Assembly: GCF_004010195.1 (NCBI RefSeq) | Contig: NC_057718.1 | Span: forward strand, 53,491,413 to 53,552,884 | Direction of reading: 5' to 3' | Source of the DNA: Chiloscyllium plagiosum | Lineage: Eukaryota | Length of the DNA stretch: 61,472 nt | Part shown: positions 1 to 12,118 of the stretch, in pieces | Layout: every line of letters begins with the position of its first letter | Numbering within the stretch: the first letter of the stretch is position 1 | The notes under the pieces: generated by a model | What the model was told of the DNA's origin: nothing | The model's database searches: none | The model's input: only the letters and a program-made list of their open reading frames with translations | Program-made: the position numbers and the translations under genes

Positions 1-1602
1 TCATGGGAATGAGTGTTTTTAAGCGATCCAGAGCAGGCATGGAGGTAGTGACAGTTGCCAATGGGAGATTGAAATGGAAATTGGTAGTAGGCATGTAGCA
101 GTATGTTAGGGGGCATTTCAAAGGCAAAAAGTGAAAGGCAATTGTAGGCAGACAAGCCACCATGATCCATCAAGCCCCATTGCACTCAATTGCCTCTATG
201 CTGCCAGTGCTGAGGACAGATGCTCCCACACTTGCAGAGAGCTAACTGCAATGTACATCCATCAGCACAGACAGAGAAATGTGTACCAATAGCCCCATTG
301 TTTAATATTGAACCTCTGCGAACTCACATCCACGTTGTCAATTACTCAAGGTTCTCCTCTTAAGGAATGGTAAAAGGGAATATTCCCACCTGACAATGAA
401 ATTCAGGATTCAGTTGGCGCAGTTGGTCTGCAGCCAAGGAGTAATGCATGGGGTCTGTCTGCAATGCAGAGAAAAGGTGAAGGACTACCTGCATTCTGCA
501 AGGGAAGGTATGGCTCAAGGTGGGTGGTGTGATGACAGTTAAGCCACTATGTTATCACTTTTCTCTTCCCTACCACTTGCCCCTTCTAGTGATCACTGGT
601 TCAACTTTTCAAGCATGCTCCTGTCCTGCTGCCCACTTTATGTCAGCTTTGCATGTTACACCAGCTACTCCCGCTCAGTCTGAAACATTGACGATCCACG
701 CAATGAATGGATGATTTGTACAAACGCAATAATGGTTTTCTATATTCTTTCAGCTATGTTGCTAGAATTTTATTTGGCAGATTTTGTTTTGCTTAACATT
801 CAAGCTCCCAACTCCATCTCCAGAATTTAATTGTCTCAGTTATCATTTTTAAAAATTTCAGAGATGACTGGTTTCCCTTCTTGAAAAAAAAACAAGTTCT
901 CAATATCATTTACATTGATGGACTGTGTTGTAAGGATAGGCAAGTTATATTTGAACTACCACCAGTGTTACTTAACAGGGAAGAGATCATGCATTTAACA
1001 GCTACTCATTCAATGCATATTATATTACTTCTGACATTTAAGAGGATAGTTATAATCTCTGGTATAGATTGCAGGGATACCTGGTTCAATTCAGTGATTA
1101 GCCAGCTTAACTCAACTGAACATCACAACTGACCACTTGAATCACCTACTGTGTTAATGATCTAATCATCCATCTGTCCACTTGACCAATTCCATAACTA
1201 GTCAACTCCTCCCTGGCAACTCAATTTCTAACCCCAGTTTGTTACTGCTCATCTAATCTAATACCAACCTGCCAACAGCTTACTTTTTTACCCCTTGACA
1301 TACGACTACTGAACCACCAGATAACTCACCTAGAACCTCAGCTACTTCCCATTCATGAGTTTACCTAACCCAACGCTTACCCTAACCCAGCTACTCACAT
1401 CACCACCAATTACCCGAGCTCTGATCACCAATGCAACCACCCAACCAGTCACCAGACCTCCCCAGACAAGCCTACCACAAGACTACTTGGCCAAATACTC
1501 ATTATTATCCATCCAGTCACCCAAATACCCACACAAACTTCTGACTACTTACTGGACCATCTGACTACCCAGCCAACATCCAACTATTCAGCTGCTCCTC
1601 CA

Positions 1603-1769
1603 CCTTCCACAGTCCAAAGATGTGCAGGCCAGGTGAATTGGCCATGTTTAAAATTGCCCGTAGTGTTAGTTAAGGGGTAAATGTAGGGGTATGGGTGGGT
1701 TGCGCTTCGGCGGGGCGGTGTGGACTTGTTGGGCCGAAGGGCCTGTTTCCACACTAAGTAATCTAATCT
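1603..1769 (+). mobile_element. HE1-type V-SINE, 5'-truncated
   Basis: Matches the 3' half of the full copy at 10915-11240 (ccacagtccaaagatgtgcagg...gggccgaagggcctgtttccacact) and ends in taatctaatct. Confidence 0.9.
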
Positions 1770-3659
1770 GTACTTGGAAAGGCAATGCCCAATTCACTGA
1801 GGGTGTTCATTAAATTCATGCAAGTTATTGAAACTGAAATGCATTATGCAACATTCAAGTAAATGCCAAGAAACAAATGAGAAAACATTTTAGAAAAGTA
1901 TAGGACTTTTCGGGATATTGGAGGCATTACTGTTGGAAAATTGCTCAAGCATATATCCATATACAGACAGGGTAAGAGGAAATAGGAGTATTGTGGGTTT
2001 TTAAAAAAAATAGAAAATGTAACACTTTTGTGGATCAAGAGTCCAACCTAATTGGGTAGATTACGTTGACTTTTCAACATGCTTTCTGCTCCTTGTCAAT
2101 GACGCAGGTTGTTCTTGCTTGCAAAGCAATGGAAGATATGCAGATACAATATACCTTCAGATATATTCTGCCCTGAGATAATTTTGCTGATTTGAAAACT
2201 CCTGGCAGGAAGGACTTAGTCCATAGCTGGTAAAGATAAGATCATTGAAGGAATTTAGTTAAGTTTCTTCTCTCTCAGTGGTGATTTTGAACTGATAATA
2301 CGTTTGACCGAGTATGCTCATTTTGTCAAAGACTGAAGGTAGTAGAACTACTAACACACTCACTGACTTATACACTCACTAATCCACTGAAAGACTTGGA
2401 TGATTAAAAGCATAACTGAACATGACAGCCTTTGTCCTGAAAGTAAATCATGTCCTTTCCTCATCTGCCTTTTTTTTCTACCCACTCTTTCTCTGGTAAA
2501 CTTTGTCCTATCCTCTGATGGATCAAAGGTATCAGCTGAAAAATCTCAGGAATGTTGAATTGCAGAAGTCTTCACGGGCTAGGTGAATGTGTGCAGAATC
2601 AATACTGACTCAGAGATCTGGCCCAACATGTTGTTATGAATTCTGGTTTGACATTGAAAACCTCTTGGATTCAATGACTTTTGTGCCTTCCATTAGAGTA
2701 CTGGCATCTTATTCTTATGGGAATTGACTCTTACTGATCCCTTGTTGCTTATCTGTGAACATAATGGCATCCACATCTGATCTGGCCTGCATACTTATTT
2801 CTAATGTGAATTTCATCAGTTTCTGAAGATGACTCAGGATGTTTATTTGTTTTAATGAATAGACAAAGACTGCTGTCCCATGCAGCTATTAATAATGAAT
2901 TAAAATTATTTGAAGATTTAGTAGAAGTTACTTGAAACCTACATATAAAAACCAACATCTGTATATAGCAACCAGCGATGAACAGTATGAATTACAGCCA
3001 GTCAAGATCAAATTTCTCTTTAATTTCTTCTCTCCTCAAGTTTGGAACTCACCTCATCTGTACTGTTTCTATGTTGCACCAATCTCTTGATCTCAGCAAC
3101 AATAAGTCTAAACCTACATTTTCAATATCAGTCATCATCATTTACAAAGCAGACCTAAAAAAAGACTTGAATCTATTACATCTTACAGATTGAATTATAT
3201 AGAAAAATAGCAGAGCTTTCGCAAAATAACAAGTTTTGAAAAGGTTCACGCTACAAAACCAACAATATTGAGACTCTAAATGAAGCAGGCTTCAAAGACA
3301 CGGTTTAAAAAATTTTTGGTATAGAGGAAGTCATTCTCTCAGCAAGACCCATCAATTTTCTGTTAACAAAGGTGACCACTCTTACAGTCTTCTGATTTCT
3401 ATGTGCCTGTATTTTTGAGGGCATTTCCCTTGTAAAAAGAAATAAAACAAAGTTCAGTCATGCAGCAGCACTGTGGACGTGCTGTAGAAATGCATAGTAC
3501 CAGCACCAGCTGCTGGCATGGCACAACCCAGTTCAAATTGCCACCTGTATGGGCATCCTGTAAAGCAGTATATCCTGATGACACACAGAGTAGGCTCAGA
3601 ACATAAACTTTGACAAAAGAATGACCTATTGCTAAGCCAGAGGTAAAGGACAGTTTGAA

Positions 3660-3735
3660 ACAAACACAAAGAATGCTGAAGAAACTCAGCAGGTCTGGCA
3701 GCATCTGAGGAGAGGGAAAAAGAGTTAATATTTAC
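3660..3735 (-). mobile_element. Old PLE pseudo-LTR fragment
   Basis: gaatgctgaagaaactcagcaggtctggcagcatctg is the reverse complement of the family at 20170 and 48344. Confidence 0.65.
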
Positions 3736-4077
3736 AATCTGGTATGACTCTTGTTCAGAATCGATGATGTGGCACTTGTGTCTCAAGATTCCTAACATAT
3801 CTCCATACACTCAGTTTCTATTTCCCAACCCTGTGTCTTGCAGGTCTCCTGACTCTTAAGAACAAAGGACAAAATTCTTCCTCTTCACTTCCTGCACAAT
3901 ATTCAAAAATATCTAAGTGCCACTTTCTCCCAAGATGCACCATTCTTCAATGCTTACCAAGTCAGAAATACTTTTTGTATTATTACCAGAAACTGCTCCA
4001 GCTACACCTCTTTGTGGAGTTGAAAACTAGTGTTTTGTAGTTTTGGTTCTAGGTTTAATTGGTGCAATCCATTCACA

Positions 4078-4289
4078 GCTAAGAGTGTGGTGCTGGAAAA
4101 TCACAGCAGGTCAGGCAGCATCCAAGGAGCATGAGAATTGACATTTCGGACAGAAGGTCTTCCTGATAAAGGGCTTATACCCAAAATGTCAATTCTCCTC
4201 TCCCTCGGATGCTGCCTGACCTGCTGTGACTTTCCAGCACCACACTCTTGACTCTATTCTCCAGTATCTGCAGTCTTTACTTTCTCCTA
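4078..4289. mobile_element. Fold-back PLE pseudo-LTR mini-element with degenerate hammerhead
   Basis: Inverted arms aagagtgtggtgctggaaa...ttccagcaccacactctt. Flanking 14-bp repeat gcaa(t/a)ccattcaca at 4064-4077 and 4290-4303. Confidence 0.85.
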
Positions 4290-4304
4290 GCAAACCATTC
4301 ACAA

Positions 4305-4545
4305 AGTGGCAGAAGTGACGCAGCAGTCATACCATTTGGCCTAGTAATCCAGAGCCCCAGGGCTAATGTTCTACAATTGTCATAAAAACTTAACTGGCTC
4401 ACTGCTGACTATAGGGAAGGAAATGTCTTCCTTACCTATTCTGGCTTACAGATGACACCTTATCCATTGCCATGCAGCTGCCTGTTAAATTGGGCAAATA
4501 GGGATTGGCAATGAATGGCCAGTGAGGTCCACATCCCATCAATAA
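4305..4545 (+). mobile_element. Bipartite SINE-like element sharing 5' and 3' ends with the LINE at 31516-38867
   Basis: Contains ctagtaatccagag and agggaaggaaat...tctggcttaca (LINE 5' part) and the tail gggattggcaatgaatggccagtgaggtccacatccca (LINE 3' part). Confidence 0.65.
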
Positions 4546-5146
4546 CTTTTATTAAATGTGTTAGTCCTGTTTGAATGTATCCAGCCGATGTGTTTAGTGT
4601 TGGCTGGATTCCGAAAACATTAAACTAAGAGATGGCACAAAATTGTCATGCTGTTTGCATTACCACCAATGAACATAATGCAAGTACCAATCATGACCTT
4701 GAAGTTTATTCTTTAGGGGGAAAAACAAATCTCGCTCCAGCAATCCTCCATTGCTCAGAAATGTTAAAGTTAAGTCATATTAATCATTCTAAGACGAGCC
4801 TTGAAATATTTTGATGAGATAATTATACATTTGTTATTGTTTTAAGCACAATTCTTTGTGCAACAGCCAAATCAGTGCAACAGATTGTTAAAATTCAAAT
4901 GCAAATTACAGTCAGCACAATTGTGTTTCTGGAGACTTTCACTCTAATTTAAAATATCACTGCAAGACACACACACACCACAAAAATTGTTCCCATTCAA
5001 AACTGTAACAGCCTGCAACTCCTCAAGTGAAATAAAAGTGATCCAGAAGGGAGGTCTGAAATAAACAGGGCATCAAAATTGGCCAAAAAGTGAGGTATGC
5101 TGACAATTCTGCATGGAGGCAAGTCATTTCAAGATCCAAGCTCAGA

Positions 5147-5311
5147 GTCGAGTGTATGGTGCTGGAAAAGCACAGCAGGTCAGGTAGCATCTGAGCAGCA
5201 GCAAAATCTGCCTGGCCTGTTGTGCTTTTCCAGCTCTCGACTCTGGTCTCCAGCATCTGTGGTCCTCACTTGGTCCTAGTTGATATTAACCTTACTGCGG
5301 AGCCTCTTCCA
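5147..5311. mobile_element. Fold-back PLE pseudo-LTR mini-element, centre deleted
   Basis: gctggaaaagcacagcagg pairs with cctgttgtgcttttccagc. Flanking aagat(c/g)caa(g/t)ctcaga at 5131-5146 and 5312-5327. Confidence 0.75.
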
Positions 5312-5727
5312 AAGATGCAATCTCAGACAACTGAAGCCAGAGAGGCATCAGAATATTTCAGGAAGTGTGAAAGGGCAATTCAACCCTTCATGAAAAACAA
5401 ACTAGCATGAGATGCATGGGGCAGGCCTTGGTAAGACAAAAGAATGGATGTATATTCTAGGATGAAACCAGAGTTCCAGGCCCCTAGAGCAGACACAAAG
5501 TGGTCACTGTTAAGCAAGCAATTGAGAGCCATTCGCAGCATTTCAAGTTGATAAAGCCAATTAATACGATAGCTCTGATTGGTCAAATCTTTGGAAAATT
5601 CCAGAAGGTAACCAGGAGGGTATAAGAACCCAGCCTGGCAGGACTCAATGTGCCTTCACTCTGCAGCCTACCTAGAGGCATGTCAGAGTAAGAGAGTGAA
5701 AGGGGAACAGACTGAACAATTCATCAA

Positions 5728-6210
5728 GGAGAAAGTGAATACTGCAGACGCTGGAGATTGGAGTCAAGAGTGTGGTGCTGGAAAAGCACAGCAGGTCAGA
5801 CAGCATCCGAGGAGCAGAAGAATGACATTTTGGGTAAATGCGCTTCATCAGGAATGAGGCTTGTAAGTCAAGGGAGTGGAGAGATAAATGGGAGAGGCAG
5901 TGGGGCTGCGGGGGGAAGGTAGCTGAGTGTGTAATAGGTGGATGAAGATGGGGGTGAAGGTGATAGGTCAGAGAGAAGAGTGGAGCAGATAGGTGAGAAG
6001 GAAGATGGACAGGTAATACAGGTCATGAGGGTGGTGCCGAGTTGGAAGAGTGGATGTAGGATAAGGTGAGGTGAGGGGAAATGAGAACTGGCGAAATCCA
6101 CATTGATCTGGTGTGGTTGCAAGTTCCCAAGGTGGAAGATGAGGCGTTCTTCCTCCAGGCATCAGGTGGGAGGCGACCCAGGATCGACATGTCCTTGGTG
6201 GAGTGGGAGA
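5728..6210 (-). mobile_element. 3' end of a Penelope-like retroelement (ORF C-terminus, 3' UTR, pseudo-LTR)
   Basis: Minus strand reads EEERLIFHLGTLQPHQINVDF, a typical PLE ORF C-terminus, then a pyrimidine-rich UTR, cctgatgaagc and the same terminal repeat as the mini-elements. Confidence 0.85.
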
Positions 6211-7879
6211 TTCAACAGCCCAGCATATTTCATCAGCAATTTATCAGCCCAAAGTTAGGAGTATCTGGGAAGTACTTTAACTTTCTAAAGAATCAGATAA
6301 TTATCAATCATTGATTAGTGTAAAATTTAACTCTTAATCTTTGTTATCTTCAAATAAAGTTGCAACATGGTTCACTGACTGTGGACTGGTGCTGTGTGGT
6401 CCTTTCTTCATACATGTTAAAGGTATCTGGGTAAATCAACATTGTGCATACTGGTTGAGGAGTCTGCAGAGTCTGTTCCAGAGAATGAAAGTTTCCATAA
6501 TTGACCCCATTTGAGAGGTTTCGGGATTAAGCTGGTTACTTTAGGATGCAATAATGCTATATTTTAAAACCTTCTTCAGATATTTAATGCTCACAGGTTC
6601 ATCTTATGGAAAGAAAGCTGGTACCTTGGCCATCACTATCCATAGCTGCAGACAACGATCTACAGGCTAAGTGCATATTGGTACAATAACAGACCTCCTG
6701 AGTGATCTGCAAAACGTCACCATCACTTACAGGTTACAGATCAGCAATCCTGCTTTTAAAAGCACTTGGTGATAAGCTCATTTCAAGTTACATTAATCAA
6801 ATACAGTAGGTTACCACTCATAAAGTAATATTTTCCAAAGCAAAATATTATTTGAAAGTGCTTTTGAAAATGTTATCCAATTGTGCTTGTTCAAAGTGCA
6901 TTTTATATTTGACAATTTGCAAATTGGTTTGAACTGAAACTTGATGCAGAAAAAGTATTTTAAAAATGAGTATCATTTTATTGCAATTCACAATTAGAGT
7001 ACTGATCACAGCCAAATTAGAATATTGATGAATCGTTAAGACATTTGAGTGCTATTTTGATTCAGTTCAATTGTCTTCATTATAATTTTGGGCATTGTTT
7101 ATTTTTGCAGGAAAATAAGTGTCCTGGTTGGAGGAGCCATATAACCTGTTCAGTATGAAGTTTGAGAAGGCCAGGATATCAGGCAGGAATTCTTTGTGAC
7201 AAATTCTGATTTGATTTCCACTGAAAGCAATTGTATAGCCACCATAAAAACATTCTTACGCCTGCATATGAGAAAGTTTCATTAAAACCTAAATCCTGTG
7301 TAAGTGAAAAAGATTACATTGAGAATTCCTGTGTGCTGAGATTCCCCATGTAATATAGATGAAAACTAACAAATAGATTTGACCGTTTTAGGAAAATAAA
7401 ATATGCATTTTTGTATTTTTCACTTCTGCAATAATCATAAATTATACTCAGATTTGAACTTTGCAAGACAAGGGCAGATATAAAGAATCAAGTTCATTTG
7501 TACTGCAAGTGAACTAAGCATTCTGAGTGGTAATTTTGCAAACTCGGAGGTTTAACAAAAAAGTACAAAATCAATTAGTTTTAATCTGTCCATTTTACCA
7601 GGGTGGCAAGAACTAGTTATGATATGTGCGAAAATATGGTCTGCAGACAAGGCCATACAACTGTGAGAGGCCTAAGTACAATACAGATCATTGATATTGT
7701 CTCCTCCTTTCATGTTGCCTCAATGAACATTTACAAATGTTAGTTGAGAATGGACACATTGTTCATCAGTGTAAGCATTGTTAGTTTTGCTGTGGTGATT
7801 GAGAAACTCTTAAAAAAGATCATTCCCATTTTCCTGACATTAGTTACAAATTTGAGAGTTCAAGTACCCACTTGACAGA

Positions 7880-10140
7880 GTATTCCATAAGGCGGCTGTC
7901 ATTGTCAGAGAAACAATGGTGAGTCTTCACCACTGTCATATGACTTTACCAAGTGGACTGGACGTTGGATTAAACTGCAAATCAAAACATCAGGGAAAGG
8001 CGACATCTCATTAGATTTGCTGCACCATCTTGTTCCATTGGCGAAATAATACCTGTTCGCATGCTCCTCAATGATCGGAAATGGTAATTTGCCCAAATCC
8101 TGTGTGAAGCAATTGCTGAAAACCTAGAAATCTGGCAGATGTCCCCAGGACCATAGACCCACTATTTTGCCCTGGAATAACTCATTCTTTTAAGAATGAG
8201 TTATTATCATAACCGCATCCCTGCCTCAAGAGCAGTCTGACTTCAGACTACAACATGATTGCTGTGAAAAGATTGCTACTATCGTCATGACCTACAAGGC
8301 TAATTTTCATCACAAACTTGAGATTGAAGCTGCTTTCATACAGTTTTGATTAGCCTATGACACTGTGTGGAAGTGATTCTTGGTACAAAGTACTTAAACA
8401 TTGCTAAAAGAACACCAGAAATTGAAGCATTTTGTCTACCACACACACACGTCATTTAGTATCCAAGTTCCAAAGCTGATAATGTCAAGTATGCAGACTC
8501 TACATGACAATATCATGCAGACCATATCAAACAACCATTCACAGCTGGGTGCTCGCTGACCGTGTTCAACCAGGTCATGCTTGCAAATCTCAGAAAAGTA
8601 TATCCACCAATGTGGTTCTGCCTTTGGAAATCTGTTGTCAAATAATCAGAACTATGCTAAGAGTTACAAAAGAAATCAATTTAAGATAATCAGTCAGGCC
8701 TGCAGTGTGATGCAATTGCAGGTGCTAGAAGCTACATGCAAAACTATTTGAGACCCTATCTTCATGGCAACATCTTGACCAATAGAATCTACCTGCCCAG
8801 TCTGGGAATGAAAATTGACAGTTAATTGCTCTTGTTACATTTCCATGCTATTTGTGGCTGAACCAATTAGCACCTTATCTTCATTTTGTATAACATGGTG
8901 TCTCTTCCATGAAATTAAATTCTTGCATCCTTGCTCTGATGATTGTATGACAAAAAGCTTAAACCTCTAGTCTTATTTCAGCAGATTCTCATTGTACCCT
9001 CTACTTCAACTACTCAGACATTTCTGATTAACAAAACAATGAAGGTCTAGCTATAAGACACACTAAACGACCCATGAATACTCAATGGTCTCCAATAAGG
9101 CAATACCCTGGCACTGACTCTTTTGAACATCATGTCTACCATATCAGGAAAATGTATATACATCAACAATATCATCTTGAAAATTCAGGCAAAATCTTTC
9201 CAACATAAGCTGTGATAAACTGTCAGAAATGACTAATATTTCCACAAGTGGACACTGTAACCAAACCCAGTAAATTCTATTTTGTCAGTATCTTGGATTG
9301 AAAATTGCAATGCTGAAAATGTGTTGCTGGAAAAGCGCAGCAGCTTAGGCAGCATCCAAGGAGCAGGAGAATCGACGTTTCAGGCATGAGCCCTTCTTCA
9401 GGAATTAGTAGAGGAGAAGAGAGCTTCTTCAAGGAAGGCATCCTTGCAAGAGGATTCGCAGTAAGTTAAAATCTTCGAGGAGAAAGTGAGGATTGCAGAT
9501 GCTGGAGATCAGAGCTGAAAATGGGTTGCTGGAAAAGCGCAGCAGGTCAGGCAGCATCCAAGGAGCAGGAGCAGCTTCTTCAGGGCTCATGCTCGAAACA
9601 TCAATTCTCCTGCTCCTTGGATGTTGCCTGACCTGCTGCGCTTTTCCAGCAACCCATTTTCAGCTCTGATCTCCAGCATCTGCAGTCCTCAATTTCTCCT
9701 TGAAAATTGCAATGTACATGTACTGTAAAGGTCACCTTCTACAGAAGAAAAGTGTGGTATAACCCATTTCCTACCTAACTTGGAGTTTTCCTTGACTACT
9801 CCTTAACTTACAATCATCACCACTGAAAGAAAGACTGCTGAAAAGATACAAATGCAGACTCCGAAGCCTCATCAACAAAAGAAAATACTCCCCACTTCTT
9901 TTGTTACTCTGGTTTTCTCAGCAACTCAGTGCTGTACATCTATGTGAGCCTCATGTTGTCACAGTAAACCAATTGACACACAACTGTTGCAATGTCTTAT
10001 GAGGCAGCAATAAGAAGACAATCCAATCAACCTTATTATCATTAGATACATAAACCAGTGAACTTCAATAATCAATGACCCGCAAAATTGCCCAATTGTT
10101 CTTAACCGGATGTTACAAATGCCATAACCTAGACACCAAG
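7880..10140 (+). mobile_element. Highly decayed non-LTR retrotransposon RT (Ingi/Vingi-like), interrupted by insertions
   Basis: Colinear motif relics: QEQSDFR (~8228), AAFI..LAYDTVW (~8330), NGLQ*G.TLA.TL.NI (~9084), LGV.LD.SLTY.HH (~9780) and IDTQL (~9971). Confidence 0.6.
9313..9699. mobile_element. Tripartite PLE pseudo-LTR insertion (two minus copies, one plus copy)
   Basis: 15-bp TSD ttgaaaattgcaatg at 9298-9312 and 9700-9714. A minus-strand hammerhead core lies at about 9370-9404. Confidence 0.9.
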
Positions 10141-10746
10141 CTGATAACTTTAAAAAATGTACTATTAACACTATGACTTTGGCAAGATAAAGCTAAACAA
10201 TAAGTTAATTGGATTAATATCTATGATCTAAACCCAATCTTCTCTGATCATAACCCCCACTCATACACAGACAGACTGGAGGACAGACATAGTGAAGGTA
10301 TCAATTTAAAATAAATTTAAAAATGTAATTTGTTAGTTCACTTAAACAGTTTCAAATGATGAATGCCAAACCTTTATTCAATCCTTGGATAATAACTTAT
10401 TTTCAAGCATGTAATTGTACATCTAATTCTGAACTTACTGGTGAGTCAAACAGTTTCAGATGCATTTACTTACTTAGAGATTGGGATTCTTTTTGTTACA
10501 ACAATTCAACAACTGGATATAAAAATAAAAAGAGTGCTACACAGAGTAGCCAGTCCTGAAGCTTGCAAAACCACTCTGCACCAGCCAAAACCTGTCAGAA
10601 CTGGTTTTCTTCATCCTTTTCTTTTTATCAACCATTTCTACAGCTGGCTGGTTGGCATCAATCCTCCCTTAGTTGATCACCTCAATATCCAATCAGCTGC
10701 CAACAATGAGTATGGCAACATTCAATGTTAAATCACCTAAAGTGTT

Positions 10747-10914
10747 CTTTAGATTGGTAATTAAGTTGCAATCTTGTCTTCAAGTTGTTATCTTGCATGT
10801 CAGTTCCTAACAGCAAACACCTTTGTTTATTTTCTTCTATTTTAAAACACACAGCTGTTCAGGATTTAACTGATTCTAAACTCAAATCATGTTTCAACCA
10901 GAGAAAAAGAAAAA
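10747..10914 (+). repeat. 168-bp direct duplication, copy 1
   Basis: Identical to 11374-11542 except for one T/C substitution and one A indel. Confidence 0.97.
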
Positions 10915-11240
10915 GGGTGGCACGGTAGCACAGTGGTTAGCACTGCTGCTTCACAGCGCCAGAGACCCGGGTTCAATTCCCACCTCAGGCGACTCTCTGT
11001 GTGGAGTTTGCACATTCTCCCCGTGTCTGCGTGGGTTTCCTCCGGGTGCTCCGGTTTCCTCCCACAATCCAAAAATGTGCAGGGGTTAGGTGAATTGGCC
11101 ATGCTAAATTGCCCGTAGTGTTTGAGAAAGGGGTAAATGTAGGAGAATGGGTCTGGGTGGGTTACGCTTCGGCGGGTCGGTGCGGACTTGTTGGGCCGAA
11201 GGGCCTGTTTCCACACTGTAAGTAATCTAATCTAATCTAA
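10915..11240 (+). mobile_element. Full-length HE1-type V-SINE (tRNA-derived)
   Basis: A-box-like tagcacagtgg, B box ggttcaattcc, V domain gtgtggagtttgcacattctccccgtgtctgcgtgggtttcctccggg, CR1-like 3' end and (TCTAA)n tail. Confidence 0.95.
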
Positions 11241-11242
11241 AA

Positions 11243-11365
11243 GCCTACGGCCATACTAGTCTGAAAAAAAACGCCCGATCTCGTCTGATCTGGGAAGCTA
11301 AGCAGACTCAGGCCTGGTTAGTACTTGGATGGGGAGACCGCCTGGGAATACCAGGTGCAGTAGGC
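11243..11365 (+). rRNA. RNA5S: 5S rRNA copy (orphan, probable retropseudogene)
   Basis: Full-length gcctacggccatac...gggaataccaggtgcagtaggc with box A (agctaagcag) and box C (ggatggggagacc). It has an A-run expansion, an extra G and no TTTT terminator. Confidence 0.95.
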
Positions 11366-11373
11366 CTGTCTCC

Positions 11374-11542
11374 CTTTAGATTGGTAATTAAGTTGCAATC
11401 TTGTCTTCAAGTTGTTATCTTGCATGTCAGTTCCTAACAGCAAACACCTTTGTTTATTTTCTTCTATTTTAAAACACACAGCTGTTCAGGATTCAACTGA
11501 TTCTAAACTCAAATCATGTTTCAACCAGAGAAAAAAGAAAAA
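11374..11542 (+). repeat. 168-bp direct duplication, copy 2
   Basis: Matches 10747-10914. Confidence 0.97.
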
Positions 11543-11559
11543 TAGTGAGGGTCTCCATG

Positions 11560-12118
11560 CTGGCAAAATGAAAGACCAGATGACCCAGTACAACCCATGG
11601 ACAAAACCAACGTCATCTACAAAATTCCATGCAAGGACTGCCACAAACACTAGTAGGACAAACAGGAAGAAAGTCAGCCACCAGGATACACGAAAACCAG
11701 CTAGCCACAAAAAGACACGACTCTCTCTCCCTCGTAACCTACACTCGGATGAAAAAAAAACACCATTTCGACTGGGACAACACATCTATCCTGGGACAGG
11801 CTAAGCAAAGACATGCCAGAGAATTCTTAGAGGCCTGGCACTCCAACCACAATGCCATAAACAAACACATAGATCATGCCATCTATCAACCCCTCAGAAA
11901 ACGAACAGGAAATTACAATCACCACAAACCCCAGGAACCCCATCCAGGACAAACATATAAATAGAAAGCAGGAGACAACAGCTTCGCTTCACTTGGAGGT
12001 CGCCACTGATGATGTAACCTAGCCAGGTAATGAAACGTCTGGATATCAAACCTACAGCTCAGCGAGCAAAGCTACTCCCTAAACCTCAACCTGAGCTACA
12101 AACCTTCACAAACCTTGC
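11560..12118 (+). mobile_element. 5'-truncated Penelope-like element (GIY-YIG endonuclease domain plus pseudo-LTR)
   Basis: NVIYKIPCKDC, then after a frameshift VGQTGRKSATRIHE...REFLEAWHS..AINKHID, the GIY-YIG signature of PLEs. A hammerhead motif lies in the 3' repeat. Confidence 0.92.
12003..12042 (+). ncRNA. Minimal type-I hammerhead ribozyme motif (helix II slightly decayed)
   Basis: cca-CTGATGA-t-gtaacc-tagcca-ggtaat-GAAAC-GTC-tgg, with helix I formed by cca/tgg. Confidence 0.75.

Noticed and set aside
11243..11365. Functional 5S rDNA unit or SINE3 head
   Set aside because: Single copy, no non-transcribed spacer, no TTTT terminator, and no SINE body follows it.
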